Below, one piece after another: positions 25,429 through 40,249 of a stretch of 64,000 bases of DNA (the first letter of the stretch is position 1; each line of letters opens with the position of its first letter). Source of the stretch: Octopus vulgaris (lineage: Eukaryota); the NCBI GenBank assembly GCA_951406725.2, contig OX597822.1, forward strand, positions 71,486,001 through 71,550,000, in the 5' to 3' direction. The position numbers and the translations under genes are program-made. The notes beneath the pieces were generated by a model. It was not told where the DNA came from. It did not search any database and saw nothing but the letters and a program-made list of their open reading frames with translations.

Positions 25429-25619
25429 TAGGGAGAGTTTACGAAAAAGACAAAAGACGAAGACAGGTGGTGTACCAAACAAACAGATGTATTAGTATAA
25501 TGCTCAGGAATAGAAAAAGTCTTTTACGTTTTGAGCCTACGCTCTTCTACCAAAAGGGACACAGAAAAAACAAGGAGAGAAAAAATGTATGTAGTGGCTA
25601 ACGATCTATCATGGCGACT

Positions 25620-25965
25620 ATATATATAGTGGTTGTCTGCTCCTTATGCAGAGTTTGACCACCTCTTGTACCTACACCTTAGAACCCTCATGGGTTCTGA
25701 TGTGGCTTTTTAAACCAGACAATGTTTTGAAAATACACCCACATAGATTGCATATCTGATTTGGACCACCAAGAGCTGCAGATAAGTTCTGATCTTTGTG
25801 GGTCTTAAAATGTCTTTTAAGGCCTCCATTAAATTTTCAGACCTTCTGGCATACATTACATTGAAAGGTGTGCACAGACATATAGGTAGAATAGTTGGTG
25901 GAAGTTTGTTTTCTATGAGATATGAGCCCAGCAAAAGAAAGGCATGGTCTGTCACAAGTTGTACA
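25620..25965 (-). mobile_element. RTE-type LINE 3' end with C2H2-like zinc fingers
   Basis: CTTCDRPCLSFAGLISHRK / CNVCQKV*KFNGGLKRHFKTH / CNLCGCIFKTLSGLKSHIRTH, then stop and a short 3' UTR. Confidence 0.65.
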
Positions 25966-25981
25966 CATATATATTGTGTAT

Positions 25982-26460
25982 ATCATCATCATCATCATCA
26001 TCATCATCATCGTTTAAAGTCTGTTTCCCATGCTAGCATGGGTTGGATGGTTTGACTGGGATCTGGGAAGCCAGGAGGCTGCACTAGGCTCCAGTCTGAT
26101 CTGGCAGTGTTTCTACAGCTGGATGCCTTTCATAACGCCAACCACTCCATGAGTGTAGTGGATGCTTTTTATGTGCCACCGGCACAGGGGCCAGAGGAGG
26201 CTGGCAATTGCCACGATCAGTTGGTGCTTTTTTACGTGCCACTTGCACAGAAGCCAGTCAAGGTGGCGCTGGCATCGGCCACATTCAGATGGTGCTTTTA
26301 ATGTGCCACCGGCACAGGTATCACAACTACAATTTCCATTTGATTTATATTTTGATGTTGATGTTGATGTACTTGACTCAATAGGTCTCCTCAAGCACAG
26401 CAGGTCACCCTACGATCCAAGGTAAGCACAGCAGGTCGTCCTACGATCCAAGGTTCTTTG
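25982..26460 (-). mobile_element. Family C element
   Basis: (CAT)n plus gtgccaccggcac modules; similar to 32530-32987. Confidence 0.85.
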
Positions 26461-26682
26461 AATGGGCTGGAGCTGGTTGTATGAAGTTGGTGTAGGATAT
26501 GCTGTGGACTCACTTTATTTGTCAGGTTTTCGCATATACATATATATATATATGCATCTATATATGTATGTATATATGTGTGTGTGTGTGTGTGTTAATA
26601 TATATATATATATCCATATAAATATATACATATATACATATATATATGCATATAAATATATACATATACATACATATACATA

Positions 26683-26713
<31 letters not shown>

Positions 26714-27061
26714 GTTTTTGTATGTGTGTAATAAAACCTTGCATAGTTTTCCCTTTTGATACATATCACATGTTAAATATCCTCCTCTGTTATTTCATTG
26801 TAGACTTGTCTGGCACTCCCAAATAATTCATAAATTTTATGAATATTTGTTGAGCACTTTTAGTGAAATATGCCACACAAAGACTAATTATGATGTATAC
26901 TGTACCATGTGGAGTGAGTAGATATCATTGCCAAGGATGTATGCCCATAGGAAGTGAATTCCATGCTGGGCACTTTGAAGTAGTTTTTTCCTGATAAGAT
27001 TGGTTGTGTATAATTATCTCTATTTTTCAGTATTTTTGTTCATTCCTTGCAGTTATATATT

Positions 27062-27935
27062 GTGTTGAGTCAAAAGTTTTGCAAAAGTTTGGTAACTCAT
27101 TTGCTTTATTTGTCAAGTTACAAGAAAAGCAGTCTAGCATTCAGAGGCCATTGTTTTGCACTGTCTGAAGCTATCTTTCTGCCAGTTCTTTGATCCCATG
27201 CAGATACCAGTTCTTGTCCTTTGTGATGAATTCCTTCACTAAAGCCTTCACCTCCTTTGTGAATGCATAAAATGAGCCATGGACAGGAACAAGCAATAAT
27301 CCGAGGGAACTAGGTCCAAACTATATTCTCTGTGTAGCATCTGTTTGATTACCTTAGGTTCCTGGAGTTTATTCTAGGTTGTTAGAGCAGTATGAGGTCT
27401 TGTGGTGTCTTCCTGCAGAAAAGCTTGCTTTCTGTTAACCAATGCCAGGTATTTTTGCTGTACAATGGCATACAACCGTTCCAGCTGTTTGGAGCACAAG
27501 TTGGCATTAATGGTTTGACCATATGGAATTGAAATAAACTTGTAGCGGATTATCATCTCATGATTCCACCAGATGTCACCTAGTATTTGAAATACCCATG
27601 TTTAATGACATGTTCCAGAAGCTGGTCCTTTTTTAACCACTGCTTATGCATGTTATAACTGCAGAAAAATATCTCCCTCTGGTTATTATTTTTTCCAACC
27701 CATGGCTCACTTCCTGCATTCATGAGACTTCTTCATAAGAGAGGAGGTAGAAGATTTCGAGCAGCAGCTCTTCATTTTGAAGGACAAGAATTGGTATCAG
27801 CTTGGGATCAAAGAAATGGCAGAAATGTGGCTTCAGACCGTACCACACAAAGGCCTCTAAAGACTGCTTTTCTTGTAACTTGACAAATAAAGCAAATAAG
27901 TAACAAAAACACTTCAAAACTTCTGACTCAACATA
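27062..27935. mobile_element. Mariner-derived element with two inverted 3' ends
   Basis: About 27065-27225 is inverted to about 27780-27931; interior minus strand TINANLCSKQLERL...LVNRKQAFLQEDTTRPHTA. Confidence 0.75.
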
Positions 27936-28052
27936 GTTTTTACTCCAACTGATGGTCACAAAAGGATTTTGTAATTTTACACTACCTGAAGAGACATACA
28001 GTTCTTGAAACAGAACGTTATATTATGGATTGTTTTCTACAAAGATCATGCA

Positions 28053-28468
28053 TAGGCGCAGGAGTGGCTGTGTGGTAAGTAGCTTGCTTATGAACCACAT
28101 GGTTCCGGGTTCAGTCCCACTGCATGGCACTTTGGGCAAGTGTCTTCTATTATAGCCTTGGGCCAACCAAAGCCTTGTGAGTGAATTTGGTAGTCAGAAA
28201 TTGAAAGAAGCCCATCGTATATATGTATATATATATATATATGTGTGTGAATATGTTGTGTATCTGTGTTTGTTCCCCCAACATCGCTTGACAACCGATG
28301 CTGGTGTGTTTATGTCCCCATTACTTAGCAGTTCGGCAAAAGATATCGATAGAATAAGCACTAGGCTTACAAAGAATAAGTCCTGGGGTCGATTTGATTC
28401 GACTAAAGGCGGTGCTCCAGCATGCCCACAGTCAAATGACTGAAACAAGTAAAAGAGTAAAGAGAGTA
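28053..28468 (+). mobile_element. SINE A, full length
   Basis: Family similarity. Confidence 0.95.
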
Positions 28469-29041
28469 TTTATATTATGAATCAGAAATAAACTCTTTTT
28501 TCTATCTTAACTTCTAAACTACAGATTTATGTTGCAGCCCCAATTAATTTATAATTTATAATATTTTTCTGCTACCATCTACATATGCAGTGTTATACCC
28601 GTGGAACAAAACTGAAAGCATAATCTATCATACACACATTGAATTTATTTGAAAGGCGATTGACAAAAAACTATGGAATAAAATTGAAGACATTAATCAT
28701 TTAGAAATACACCATTTACATTTTTGATACTATTCATGAGACATACATAAATGATAAACAAATATTACAAAATTAGGCAAGATATACACACATTCTCTCC
28801 TTAATTTACTAGTTTTAGTCGTTTACTGTGGTCATAGGCTCATACTTTAGTATGGAATATTTAACCTCGCTCAAACATTTTGTTATACCTTTTTCTGTCG
28901 GTCTTTGAAATTTTATCTTAAACAACAGAGCTTCTGAAACAGTAAATTTGTATTTTTAAAAAAGGAAAAAATCAAAAATTTTTTATCTAAGTAAAAAAAA
29001 AAAGAGATGATTACTGTTATGTAATTTATCACTACAGTACC

Positions 29042-29652
<611 letters not shown>

Positions 29653-29988
29653 AAAAGTACTGGAATTAGTTTTTGATTTTAAAAACATATTTTCAAGAAT
29701 TTTTGGGGAAAATTAATTACATTTTTGGGGGTTTGATTTGCAAATTCTGAAGCTCTTCTGTTCAAAACAAAATTTGAAAATTGTTTTATAGGAAGGATGA
29801 TTAAGAATGATATAGAGTTGGAAATGAAATCCATGCTAAAATGACTAAGTGCCCAACCATGTTGAGGCTTCACTTTCAATTGTGCTCCTTGTTATTAGTC
29901 TAACTGCAAGGTTACAGAATATAAGCTGTATCACTAGTTTTCATGCACACACACACACACACACACATGCACACACACACGCATGCAT

Positions 29989-30029
<41 letters not shown>

Positions 30030-30176
30030 GTAACATAGGTATATATATATAGATAGATAGATAGACAGACAGAGAGATAGATAGAGAGTTAGGTAGATAA
30101 ATAGATAGATAGATAGATAGATAGATGGATGGATGGCCAAATTGATAGATAGATAGACAGATGGATAGATGGCCCT

Positions 30177-30213
<37 letters not shown>

Positions 30214-30239
30214 CAGACAAATAGATTGATAGAATAGAA

Positions 30240-30885
30240 TACAATGTGAAATTTTCCCATATTACATCATAATTTTTTAAAAACTACCATTCGTAAAATT
30301 ATACAAATTTCACATTTGATTTTTCTGAGGAGCAGATGCATTATCGTTAAATGCTTATCAATATAGAATTCCATTATTCTATATTATCGAATACAAGACA
30401 ATATAATGGATTTTACATATAACTATTATGGATTATTACAGAAGACTAACCAAGGAAGTATATATGGATTTAAAGTTTCTCATACTTAGGTGTACTTACC
30501 AAAATCAAAAGCAGTAATTTAAAATTTTATTTCAAGCAAACACCATTTTCCTATATTACTTCAAATTTTAAAAAACTACCATTCGATATATTATACAAAA
30601 TTCAAATTTTATATCTCTGAAGAGCAGAAGAGTTGTTTATAAATGCTTATCAATATAGGATTCCATTATAGGGACAGAACTTCTGGGACACGATTGTAAG
30701 ATGCTTTAAAAACTTAATTCAAAACCTTTATACTGTCATATACATTATATATTTATATTTATACATATTTACATATATTTTTATATATATCTATATTTTT
30801 AATACAACGATTATTTTACACACGTATATATCTTTCTGAAGAATTTTCTAATATTGATTTCCCGGTATTAATAATAATATATTGT

Positions 30886-30890
<5 letters not shown>
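30240..30890 (+). mobile_element. PLE-like partial tandem terminal repeats with decayed hammerhead
   Basis: Direct repeat about 30270-30378 / 30563-30669; atct CTGAAGA gcagaag...cttctgg GACA cgattg TA agat at 30613-30702. Confidence 0.6.
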
Positions 30891-30942
<52 letters not shown>

Positions 30943-32529
30943 ATACATATATATGTATGTATATGAATATATATACGTATATGTTTGTGTGTCTGTGTTT
31001 GCTGCCCCCACCATTGCCTGACAACCAATGTTGGTGTATTTACGTCCCTGTAACTTAGCAGTTCAGCAAAAACACTGGTGGAATAAGTACTAGGTTTACA
31101 AAGAATAAGTCTTGGGGTCAATTTTCTCAACTAAATGTGTTGCTCCAGCATGGCTGCAGTCAAATGACTGAAACAAGTAAAATAATGTATATATATATGT
31201 TTATGCACACACATATATATAAACAAACACACATACACACACATGTATAGGCATATGTTAATGCTATTTTATGCTTTGGAAAACTCAATGCCTCATAATG
31301 ATTAACAGTTTCATGCCAAGAAAATATTACTCATTTGATGTGTCCAAATTTTCATTGCTCATCTGTGACTTGATCGCTGACTCATTTCTACTAAAACTGA
31401 ATTTGTGGTCTCAGGATACTTACTCACTCTATTTTTTCATTGTCATTTAGTTACCATTTAGACATAAGGATTTGCTACATGGTTGTTATTTTGTCTTCTG
31501 TTGCTGCTCGTTGTTAGTCACTTGTAGACTTAGCACTTCTGTTTCTCCATAAATTTTTATGTCCCATTTTTAGCCTTTGTCCTATTTTTTTTTATCTGTC
31601 AGAAGATTGTGTTTGAATGTCAGGAGACCTTGTTTGACATGTATAGATAAAAGATACTTGAAATATCTCTTAACAATCTAAATCTATTGAAATTGAGAAA
31701 AGAGGGCAAGGATAATAATTTAAAAAGAAAACTATAGATAAAATTTACATTTATGTATATATGTGCTGACACACACCTTTATATACCCAACTGCATATAT
31801 ACATATATTTGTGCAAGCATGCCTCTTCACACTTCGTTCTTTCCACTCTTCGTTCTTTCGTTCCCCCTCTCTCACATCTCCTGGCTTTGTCGTCATTCTC
31901 ACCTTCCCTCCGCTTTCATTTCACTCTGTCCCTTTTCTTTTTTTCTAGTCCTTCCCTAATCCTATCCCTCTGCCTCCACCTCTCTCATCTCTCTCCACAT
32001 GACCAGTGTTCGGCCAGTTACTACCATCCGTGCAACATCTATATTCCTCACTATGCCTGTCATCTCTTATGGCCCTGCCATAAGGCTTCACTTTCACACA
32101 TGCCAGCTAAATTTAATTCGTCCTTAGTCGAAAGACACCTGTTGTTAATGTCTTTTATTTGTATTTGTATTTGTGTATCATTTCTCTGTTTTTTCCATCC
32201 TTGTTTTCATATACAGTCACTGCTTTCTTCCAAGGAATCTAATGCTCTTAGGTTAGTTTTTCCTTGGGGCTGGTCAGATTGGAGCAATCTCAAGTATAAC
32301 CAGCTGAAATTGCAAAGATAATGTGGAACTCGACTGAAGAAAGAAAACTCCGAATGACCCGTCCTTGTTCTTTTGTATCATCTATCTGGATGTTTTGTTG
32401 TCCCTTTTTTGTATCATCTAACTGTCTGGATGTTTTGCATTCTTGTCTCATTTTTGGTATTCATTTTTATATAGATATAGCGGTGTACATACATTTTGGT
32501 CACTTACATATATATATAACCAATCCTAT

Positions 32530-32987
32530 GACTGGCACCTAGCAGTTGCCAGTGCCAAGGGACTGACTCCTGTGCAGGTGGCAAGTAAAGAAACACCATT
32601 TCAACCCTGTTCTTGAGGAGACCTATTGAGTCAAGTACATCAACATCAAAAATCAATGGAAATTGTAGTTGTGATCCCTGTGCCGGTGGCACGTAAAAAG
32701 CACCATCCGAATGTGGCCGATGCCAGTGTCGCCTTGACTGGCTTTCATGCTGGTGGCACGTAAAAAGCACCAACCGATCATGGCTGTTGCCAGCCTTGCC
32801 TGGCACGTAAAAAACACCCACTACACTCACGGAGTGGTTGGCGTTAGGAAGGGCATCCAGCTGAAGAAACACTGCCAGATCAGACTGGAGCCTGGTGCAG
32901 CCTTCTGGCTTCCCAGACCCCGGTTGAACTGTCCAACCCGTGCTAGCATGGAAAACGGACGTTAAGCGATGATGATGATGATGATGA
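32530..32987 (+). mobile_element. Family C element
   Basis: Palindromic modules and (GAT)n tail. Confidence 0.85.
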
Positions 32988-33064
32988 TATGTGTGTGTGT
33001 GTGTCTGTGTGTATGTATACACAAATATATGTATACATGTGAAAAAAATTAATCAAAGTGGAAA

Positions 33065-33260
33065 ATATGCCTCATTTAAGCCTTTCACTTCATATGCAAC
33101 ATTAGGCCATTGATAACTTTTCTCCTCTGTTTTTGATCCTGGGTTGTCTTTTCTACTTCTCTCCAGTTGAATCCCTGCTTTTCCAGCTCTTCCTTTCAGA
33201 TATTACTGCAGTGAATCATGTATTTCTGGGAAAAGGTCTTCTTCTCCCGGGTCCTGATGT
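33065..33260 (-). mobile_element. RTE LINE C-terminal remnant
   Basis: Minus strand PRNT... ELEKQGFNWREVEKTTQDQKQRRKVINGL. Confidence 0.6.
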
Positions 33261-34134
33261 TTTTTAATTGTCAGCAATATTTCTGTAATTTATCTCTTTT
33301 CTAGTTAGAGGAATCTGCTGTGCACAAACCCATTTTTACCTGTAGAATATTCTGCTTTAAGCACCCAGTATAACACCTCATAACTTGTTTACTTTTTTGA
33401 ATTTTCAGAAATTTCTGTTCTACACATGGAAATTCACACGACTATGAAAAAAGAAAAAAATTTTTTTTTAATTTTGCAAAATATAAAAAAAATTTTTTTT
33501 TTTAATTAATTTTTTAAGAATTTCAAATTACATTTTAAAATACAGACTGACCAAATTTTTGGCTTAAATCACAGCAATAAACCACTAAATGTGTTTATGG
33601 GAAGAAAGATATTGAAAAACATCAATATGTCAGACTGACAAACAATGACAGTATGAGGTGGTTGTGAGATGTGCTAGAAATAACAGCTAAATACCCCTTA
33701 AATCACACACAAAAAATTTTTTTTAGTTTTTGCAGTGATGATTTCCTGTGTGTAGAACATAAATTTGCAAAAATTTTCTCAAAATTCCAAAAAAGAAAAA
33801 AAAGTATGCCATGCATAAAGTAGAATTCTGCCTTTTTTTTCTCTGGGAAGAGGTGATCCATATTAATGCAACCTCTATGACCTGTCCATCATGGAAGGTT
33901 CAACCAGGAGCTTGCTCTCTGATGGCATATCTCTCATGGCTTTCATGGGCCATTGAGGCAGACAAGGCATGACACTGCAACAAGAATTGGACCATGGGGT
34001 GGAAGTGGAGTATAAATATATATTAAGAATAGTGCATTAACATTAAAGTTGAATCTGGTTCACACCCCCATCATCAAACCAAATCAGATACTGCTTACTT
34101 CAGTATTGTTTTATAACAAAGTGTACATAAGGTA

Positions 34135-34332
34135 CCCTTTTCTACTCTAGGAATAAAGTTCGAAATTTTTGGGGAAGAGGCCAGTCAATTAGATCGAATC
34201 CAGTATACAACTGGTACTTAATGAAAGGCAAAGTCGACCTCAGTGGAATTTGAACTCAGAATGTAAAGACAGACAAAATGCTGCTAAGCATTTCGCCTGG
34301 TTTACTAACGTTTTTGCCAGCTTGCTGCCTTA
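34135..34332 (-). mobile_element. SINE B, tail type 2
   Basis: Family similarity, with an internal deletion. Confidence 0.85.
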
Positions 34333-34410
34333 GTGTCCATGAAATATTCTTTGCTACTCTAGGCTGATTGCTGTATGCCACCTCTTAACTTAATTGTCCA
34401 AAATTATATA

Positions 34411-35083
<673 letters not shown>

Positions 35084-35226
35084 GTATGCGGTTTTGAGCA
35101 ACTTGTTGCATTTAACCCTTATTTATAATTATTATAACCCTTACCAAATATGGTCTTTTCCATACCGATAAATCTACTAGGTGAAATTGATTAATTTTAT
35201 TAAATTAATTATATTCCACCCTTTAT

Positions 35227-35261
<35 letters not shown>

Positions 35262-35587
35262 GACAGGCTTCTTTAAGTTTCCGTCTACCAAATCCACTCA
35301 CAAGGCTTTGGTCAGCCTGAAGCTATAGTAGAAGACATTTTCCTAAAGTGCCAAGCAGTGGGACTGAACCCAGAGCCATGTGGTTGGGAAGCAAGCTTCT
35401 TACCACACAGTCACTCCTGGCATAAGAGTCTGATGAGATGTCCATAATTTAGAGTGTGCTTCTTTTTAGGATATATAATACATGGACTCACATCTCTTTC
35501 TTATAAAGATAAATATGAATCTCCTAAATTCTATTCTTCTGCTATTTCCTTTCTCAAGTTCATTGTAAAAGTTTTGTTTATACTTCC

Positions 35588-35687
35588 TGCACTGAAAGGT
35601 ACAATGATATATAATTAATTTATTTTAATTCAGTTCAATCATGAATTTGCATTATTTTTATATATCTGTACGAAACGATCGTCTGCA
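35588..35687 (+). ncRNA. Degenerate type I hammerhead motif
   Basis: tgca CTGAAAG gtaca...tgtac GAAA cgatcg TC tgca; stems intact, core positions 8-9 altered. Confidence 0.55.
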
Positions 35688-36659
35688 TGAATTAAAATTC
35701 TCTTATATATCTTAACAACTTGTCTTCTCCATTTTTAACAAAATTGTTGAGTTTTATGGGATTTCTTTCCATAAATTCACAACACATCATATACAAGTAT
35801 TATTTTCATATTCGCAAATTTACACCAGTAAACTACCAGCAAAATATGAAGAATCGACATTAGAAATCTTTTTCGGAAACCTCCAAATTAAAGGACGAAT
35901 CTACATTCAACCTTTTTACAGCTATATCATCATCATCATCATCATCGTTTAACGTCCGTTTTCCATGCTAGCATGGGTTGGACGGTTCAACTGGGGATCT
36001 GGGAAGCCAGAAGGCTGCACCAGGCTCCGGTCTTATCTGGCAATGTTTCTACAGCTGGATGCCCTTCCTATAATGTATATATATATATATATATATATAT
36101 GTAAAGAAAACAGAAAATAGAGAAGTACTGATGAACAACAATTGATTGACATCAACTATTATATATTAATTCAGTACAAATAGACTGCATCCCATCTAAC
36201 AGCTGTTTCTGCTTCCAATGTTGTATGGTATTGCCTAAAATAGCAATTGGTGGATTAATCTTTTGTAAAGGGGATGGGGGGAAAGGGTGGATAAATAATA
36301 AGAAAACAAAAAAACTATAGTGGGATATGCCATTAGGTTTTAATGGGAGAAGGGGTGTAGATACAGTGAGGTTTTTATATTAATCATAATAATTTATAAT
36401 AGTTATGTTTGTAGTACTAATTAATAGTATTAATATACACCCCCCCCCACATGCACAAACACACAAACATACACTACACTCATATATACATACATATATA
36501 TATATATATATATACATATATATGTACAGTGTTAGGTGTGATGTGCAGAATTGAATATTGAGAAAAAAGTTGTCAGAATTTTGGAAAAAATCCTTTTATT
36601 TCTTATTAGTGCTTTCGTTCCTCTCTAGGACTTGTCAAATACACATATATATATACATA

Positions 36660-38162
36660 CTAGCATTATGACCCGGTGTTATACAAAGTTATATCTTGAT
36701 ATCGCTAGTGATAACAATACTCAAAATATATAACGGACTGGAATTGTTGGCCTGTCTCTTTCAATTTCGATCAATTGTATCTCGTCCTCCCTCTTGTATA
36801 GAAGTGTGGCTACAATCCGGCCTACCTCTACTTCTGGGGGTCATATTTAAATTTTATCCGGGATGTCCTACGTCCCAGATATAAAGGTAAAAATAAAATA
36901 TTTCACTTTGCAAGGTTCGAGTCGAGTACTCCCTTGCACGCTCCATTGACTTGAAACTTGCTTCTATTGTGGTGAATTTACCCGCCTCTGGTTAGATACT
37001 TGATATCTTTCATAGTCACACCAAGACACTTTCCGATGGTGCTTTCCTCCAGGTGTTCAAATCTTTTTTTTCTCTACATTGTGTACTTTATAGACAATAG
37101 TCTTTTCTTTAATTTGATTTTTTATTTCGTTTGGTGGTGTTATCCTAGATTCACCGTCTTTGTCGGTGATCAATACAAAATAGGTTTGTATTTCTTCCAT
37201 TTTAATTTTAATGAGTTTGTGCCTGCCGACGGCTGCAACAAAATTAATTTTTGGACTTTCTTCTATTGAAGGCATTTTAACAAAAATGCTTCCGTATAAA
37301 CGGTGAAAATATTGTCAATTTCCCCAAACAGGGACACAATTCAATTTTTAAACAATAATCAAAGCTCTTTATCCCAAAGGGGGATGGTTACGGTTTACAA
37401 TTATTTAACAAATGCAACACAACAATGTTTCCCTTACAAGGAACCAATAAACGTGATAACAATAGTTAAACAGTAATAATAATAACAAACCTTATAGTGA
37501 ATCAAAAAGCAGTATGCAGCTGAAGCTATAGTCCTTTATGTATAAGAAATAAACCAACAGCAGTACTCAGTAGAAGCAGCTGTTCGAGAAAACAGACGTT
37601 ACATACAGCCAAACTTCATATAGATACTTAATGCTAGCAGATAATCTAATGTAAAAGCCATGGTAAAGGGTATGTGCACAGCTCCATCTGGACTATACTA
37701 TTTCTGTGCATTAATTTTATTTTAATTTATTCCCATTCATGTGAAACCACTTATTCAAGATCAAGTCATTGATGCAATTTTATACCAATTGCTATTTTTA
37801 CTTTTAATTGTTATGTTACGATTTAATTATCATATTATACTTTAATTTGATTTTATTATTACTTACTACATATAATTCAATTGTTATTATTATCTCTAAT
37901 TTTTATTGTTAAAGTGAAAGTATCTGACATAAAATAGAAAAATGTTTTTGTTTCACTTTTAACATGTAATACTGAAATAGTGGAGAAGATATGATATTGC
38001 TATGGACTCGCCCTAGGTAAGAAGTTGAACATTTTTTTCCCATGAAACTACATGAACCTTAAGTAAGGCATGTGTAAAATTTGAATGAAATAGGTTGTGT
38101 AGTTCTCAAGTTTTAGGGAAACACACAGACAGACAGACACACATTCTCAGTTTTATATATAT
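36660..38162 (-). mobile_element. Non-autonomous Helitron-like element
   Basis: 5' tatataaaactgagaatgtgtgtctgtctgtctg at about 38160; 3' ...ccgggtcataatgCTAG at 36660. That both ends belong to one element is inferred. Confidence 0.55.
36700..37290 (-). pseudogene. Probable LINE ORF1-like pseudogene fragment
   Basis: Frameshifted coding-like run KEKTIVYKVHNVEKKK / IGKCLGVTMKDIKYLTRGGKFTTIEASFKSMERAREYST; family assignment from memory only. Confidence 0.4.
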
Positions 38163-38917
38163 AGACATATACATACATATATATATGTGTGTGTGTGTAC
38201 TTTGGGCTTCAATAATATTTGTGTCTATGAAATCACTTACTCATTTACAAGGCATTAGTTAGATTAAGGTCCATAGTAGAAGACACTTGCTCAAGGTGCT
38301 GTATAGTGGGGCTGAACCTAAAACCATGTGGTTGCAAAGCAAGCCTCTTAATCATATAATTGTAGACATTTGTACGGCGCATTTAATAAATTGAAAATTT
38401 ATCATCACTTTACAAGTCTGTTTGATAATTTTCAAATTGAGCAAATTGTCGCTACTTTGTAATGTTCCAATACTGTTTTGATATTACCGAATGTTCAACG
38501 AATAAATATTTATACAGAACTCATGTATGATATATTTAATAAACATATATTCTATCTCACTGTGTAAACAGAATGCATGAGAGTAAAGTCCAAACTGAAC
38601 TGACTGGCTTCATCTTTCGCTAGAGAGTTGTCAGGAATCACTTAACTTATATTCTGTTTGCCAAAGTTTAGAAACACAGAAGCTCATGGAAATATCAAAA
38701 TCATGACAACCTTAAAAACATGCGATAATGGTGCAAGGTTGATGGTGAGGAGCAATCCACATTTGTACTAAAACAGTGTGGTTATGAATAAACATGTATA
38801 TAAGAGTCATATATGACATTTAATATATGGGTTATATTTTTTCCACAGTGTGATTAAATATATGTTTATGTGTGGTTTTATATGAATTTTGTGTGCGTGT
38901 GAGTGCATGAATATTTA

Positions 38918-39090
38918 CGTAGGAGAGGCTGTGTGGTAAGTAGCTTACTTACCAACCACATGGTTCTGGGTTCAGTCCCACTGTGTGGCATCTTGGGCAA
39001 GGGTTTTCTACTATAACCTTGGGCCAACCAAAGCCTTATGAGTGGATATGGTAGATGGAAACTGAAAGAAGCTCGTCGTATATATGTATA

Positions 39091-39163
<73 letters not shown>

Positions 39164-39391
39164 GCATGTATGTGTATTTGTTTGTGTATCGGTGTTTGTC
39201 CCCCCAACATCGCTTGTCAACCGATGCTGGTGTGTTTACATCCCCATAACTTGGTGGTTCGGTAAAAGAGACCAATAGAATAAGTACTAGGCTTACAAAG
39301 AATAAGTTCTGGGGGCGATTTGCTTGACTAAAGGCGGTGTTCCAGCATGGCCACAATCAACTGACTGAAACAAATAAACGAGTAAAAGAGT
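38918..39391 (+). mobile_element. SINE A, full length
   Basis: Family similarity. Confidence 0.92.
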
Positions 39392-39529
39392 GCCGCTGAA
39401 GATATCTTTGAACAGAATGATATAGTTAAAGATGGTATGGCTGTGTGATAAGAAGTTTGCTTCCCAACCATATGGTTTCAGGTTCAGTACCAGCAGATGG
39501 CAACTTGTAAAAATTCTATTATACATATA

Positions 39530-39575
<46 letters not shown>

Positions 39576-39586
39576 CACACATACAT

Positions 39587-39631
<45 letters not shown>

Positions 39632-39646
39632 CACACATACATACAA

Positions 39647-39692
<46 letters not shown>

Positions 39693-39693
<1 letters not shown>

Positions 39694-40003
39694 GAGGTGC
39701 AATGGCCCAGTGGTTAGGGCGGTGAACTCGCGATCGTAGGATTGCGGCTTCGATTCCCAGACCAGGCGTTGTGAGTGTTTATTGAGCAAAAACACCTAAA
39801 GCTCCACAAGGCACCGGCAGGGGGTGGTGGCAGTCCCTGCTGTATTCTTTCGCCACAAATTTCTGTCATTCTTTCTTCTGTTGGCCTGCTCGCTTAGCCA
39901 GCGGGGTGGTGTCATTTGAAGGCTAAAACAATGCACTTCGCATTGTGACCAGCAATGTGTAGCAACATCTGATAGCCTGGTCGGTCACGGTGATCATGGT
40001 GAT
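39693..40003 (+). mobile_element. SINE D (tRNA head)
   Basis: A box TGGCCCAGTGG, B box-like GCTTCGATTCCC; related copy at 60300. Confidence 0.85.
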
Positions 40004-40037
40004 ATATATATATGTACATACATACAAATATATATAT

Positions 40038-40198
40038 TGGTGCTGGAGTGTCTGTGTAGTAAGTAGCTTGTTTACCAGCCACATGGTTCCGGTTTGAGTC
40101 CCACTGCATATACCTTGAACAAGTCGCTTCTGCTATAGCCTCTTGCCAACCAAAGCCTTGTGAGTGGATTTGGCAGACAGAAACTGGAAGATGCCCAT

Positions 40199-40249
<51 letters not shown>

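Noticed and set aside
27986-28020. CTGAAGA...GAAA hammerhead candidate (also CTGATGA at 43733 and 35430)
   Set aside because: Stems I and III do not pair convincingly or GAAA is absent; at best highly decayed.
33320-33830. Possible MITE with internal inverted segments (gttctacaca/tgtgtagaac)
   Set aside because: Termini and TSD cannot be defined.
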